A stretch of 64,000 bases of DNA, from assembly GCA_016180645.1 (NCBI GenBank), contig JACPAV010000007.1, positions 40,888 to 104,887 on the forward strand. The letters are read 5' to 3'. The notes beneath the pieces were generated by a model. That model was given only the letters and a program-made list of their open reading frames with translations. It was not told the origin of the DNA and searched no databases. Positions 62,505-64,000 of this stretch are shown here, in pieces. A program made the position numbers and the translations under genes. Position 1 is the first letter of the stretch, and each line of letters opens with the position of its first letter. Source of the DNA: Nitrospirota bacterium. Its GTDB lineage: Bacteria > JACPQY01.

Positions 62505-62574
62505 TAGTTCCTGATCTCCCGCCTGAATTCCAGGAGGGCGCGGATCGTAGGGGAGCCCTTTATCGGCTCCCGAT

Positions 62575-62700
62575 CACGGGCCATGTTCTTAGCGGCCCAT
62601 CTTGGGCCGCAACCTTGCATGGCCCCGTGCCGTCCTGGGCACGGGGAGGGGATGAACCCCTCCCCTACGGGCGAACCCCAATCAGGGAAACAGGGCGGGA
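62575..62700. repeat. nested-hairpin repeat element, diverged copy 4 (contains ggggaggggatgaacccctcccctacgggcgaa, then gggaaacag x3)
   Basis: Shares the …ctcccctacg(N6)… motif of copies 1-3 plus several additional perfect hairpins (gggccatg…catggccc; ccgtgcc…ggcacgg). Confidence 0.5.
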
Positions 62701-62879
62701 AACAGGAAACAGGCTCAACTCTAGACACTGGACAAACTGGCTGCGTCGGAAAAACCTCCCGGCATGGAGGCGGATGGCCGCCCGCGGGCTCTCGATCCCG
62801 TCGAGTAGCGTTCCGCCTCGGCCTCTTCTACCGATTCGGCGGGAGAGGGAATCAGGGCTGAAGGCCCGGCGGTCGGGAA

Positions 62880-63092
62880 TTAGTGCTTGCGCCCGCGGCG
62901 GGTGCGGGCGCCGTTTCCGCCGAACCGGCCATTCGAAACAATCCGGCGGAGGAGACGATTGCTTTCCTCTTGAAGCCACACCCGCCTTCGCAGCAGGGCC
63001 ACGATCAAATTGCCCTTCCGATTGATGGATTTCGCCATTCCGCGCAACACTCTCTGGTCCTTGTCAATTATTCCACGACCCGTGGGACTCAT
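62880..63092 (-). CDS. small basic hypothetical protein (downstream member of an overlapping two-ORF pair; TA-like organisation)
   Basis: 70-aa ORF, overlapped at its 5' end by an unlisted 59-codon ORF (63064..63243, minus strand). Confidence 0.3.
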   Translation of the reverse strand: MSPTGRGIIDKDQRVLRGMAKSINRKGNLIVALLRRRVWLQEESNRLLRRIVSNGRFGGNGARTRRGRKH

Positions 63093-63319
63093 TCAACGAG
63101 CCTGTCTCCACCGCCTGGAGCCGATCCTTCTCCGCTTGGATCCGAAACGCACGGCCTTCCTGGACGAATGTTGCCGTCGTTGCCTCTATACTGCGGAGGA
63201 TGTCTCGGATGGAATCCTGCTGACCCCGCTCCTCACCATTCATGTCATCAAGCTACCCCTCCAAGTCCCGTGGTGTCAATAATCAGCGGTGGGAGGTGGA
63301 GAGGGGAAGAACCAGCCGG

Positions 63320-63826
63320 CTACAACCGGATGGTGGTCGAGACGGCGAGGAGGAAGATGCCGTGTTCGTATCGGCCGTTGCCGACGGGTTTGGGCTTCAG
63401 CCTGAAAAGGTCTTTCACCGTGGAGTCGCCGATGAGGGTCGTTTCCAGACCGTTGATTTCGAGGACCTGGCTGTCCATGACCTCCCGGTCCTCGTAGAAC
63501 AGGTAGCCTGAAGCCAGATCAAACGAAACACGATTCCAAGTGAAGGTCGCCCCGCCGGCGAGCGCCTTCTTGGTCGCGTCTTGGAGCGAGGGGGTCTGCG
63601 TCTGCGGCGGAATGGCCGCGGATTCGTAGAGGCCGCCGGTACGAAGCGTCAGGAAGGGCGTCGCTTCCCATTCGATGCCGAGTCGCAGATCGTAGGAGTC
63701 CTTGAATTCCAGCGGAACGACCACGTCGCTGATTTCGATGGCTTCGATCGGGGGGTCGCCAAGACTCGTGATGGGCTGGGACAGGTTGAAGGTGTTGCTG
63801 TCGAGATCGCCGACCAACTGTTTCAA
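63320..63826 (-). CDS. 3' portion of an outer-membrane beta-barrel protein gene (FadL/OmpP1-like?); may extend beyond the window
   Basis: Alternating hydrophobic beta-strand pattern (…ATFTWNRVSFDLASGYLFYED…). Confidence 0.3.
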   Translation of the reverse strand: MKQLVGDLDSNTFNLSQPITSLGDPPIEAIEISDVVVPLEFKDSYDLRLGIEWEATPFLTLRTGGLYESAAIPPQTQTPSLQDATKKALAGGATFTWNRVSFDLASGYLFYEDREVMDSQVLEINGLETTLIGDSTVKDLFRLKPKPVGNGRYEHGIFLLAVSTTIRL

Positions 63827-64000
63827 AGTTCCCCACTGGGTGTAGGTGAAACCTGCCTCGGCGTAGATGCTTCGCAGAATGTCGTATCCGACCCCGACCC
63901 GGTACTGGGAGGGAAGCTTGAGGGGGACGGTGATTCCCTTTGAATCATGGATCTGGACGGGAATGCCGGGTGTCTCTTCCGGATTGTTCGGATCACGGCC

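Overview
GC-rich bacterial chromosomal segment, densely coded on both strands. Working from sequence and translated-ORF motifs only, I see four blocks.

(1) 0-6.7 kb: three type II toxin-antitoxin modules (two vapBC-like pairs plus a truncated vapC 3' remnant, and brnTA) are interleaved with a TetR-controlled fatty-acid/branched-lipid beta-oxidation operon. The operon encodes an acyl-CoA dehydrogenase, an SCP2 protein, a thiolase and a hydrolase, and has a perfect 16-bp palindromic operator before both the tetR gene and the operon.

(2) 6.8-26.4 kb: an Atu/Liu-like methyl-branched lipid/terpenoid catabolic neighbourhood (MCCB/AtuC-like carboxyltransferase, two further acyl-CoA dehydrogenases, a cytochrome P450, two short-chain dehydrogenases, an AtuA/DUF1446 protein), plus an unrelated radical-SAM gene, a two-component system, an exopolysaccharide priming glycosyltransferase, LigD-phosphoesterase and LOG genes, and an inserted four-helix-bundle (23S-rRNA-IVS-type) gene bracketed by heptamer-array inverted repeats.

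(3) 26.5-41.3 kb: housekeeping and envelope genes (LysR regulator, TerC, purC, SPFH, GH31, dnaK, a cbpA/dnaJ-like gene, htpX, a phosphoesterase). Among them is a DsbA-like thioredoxin-fold gene whose catalytic CxxC cysteine is replaced by an in-frame TGA followed by a hairpin, so it is a candidate selenoprotein. Several copies of a nested-hairpin repeat family also occur here.

(4) 41.3-48.4 kb: a lower-GC defence islet. It is bounded by two ~300-bp direct repeats, each opening with a consensus sigma70 promoter. The islet carries a HEPN-like ORF, a type II R-M pair whose endonuclease is broken by an in-frame amber codon between the PD and ExK motifs, and a three-gene HEPN/Abi_C-like candidate abortive-infection module.

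The remaining 48.4-64 kb encodes oppDF-like ATPases, Slt, a BCCP-like protein, a CoA-binding protein, recA followed by a Dam-like MTase with a putative REase, pilT, alaS, a ygfZ-like gene, a DUF4160/DUF2442 pair and a partial outer-membrane-protein gene.

I did not recognise any rRNA, tRNA or CRISPR array. Many long antisense ORFs in the six-frame track are GC-content artefacts.
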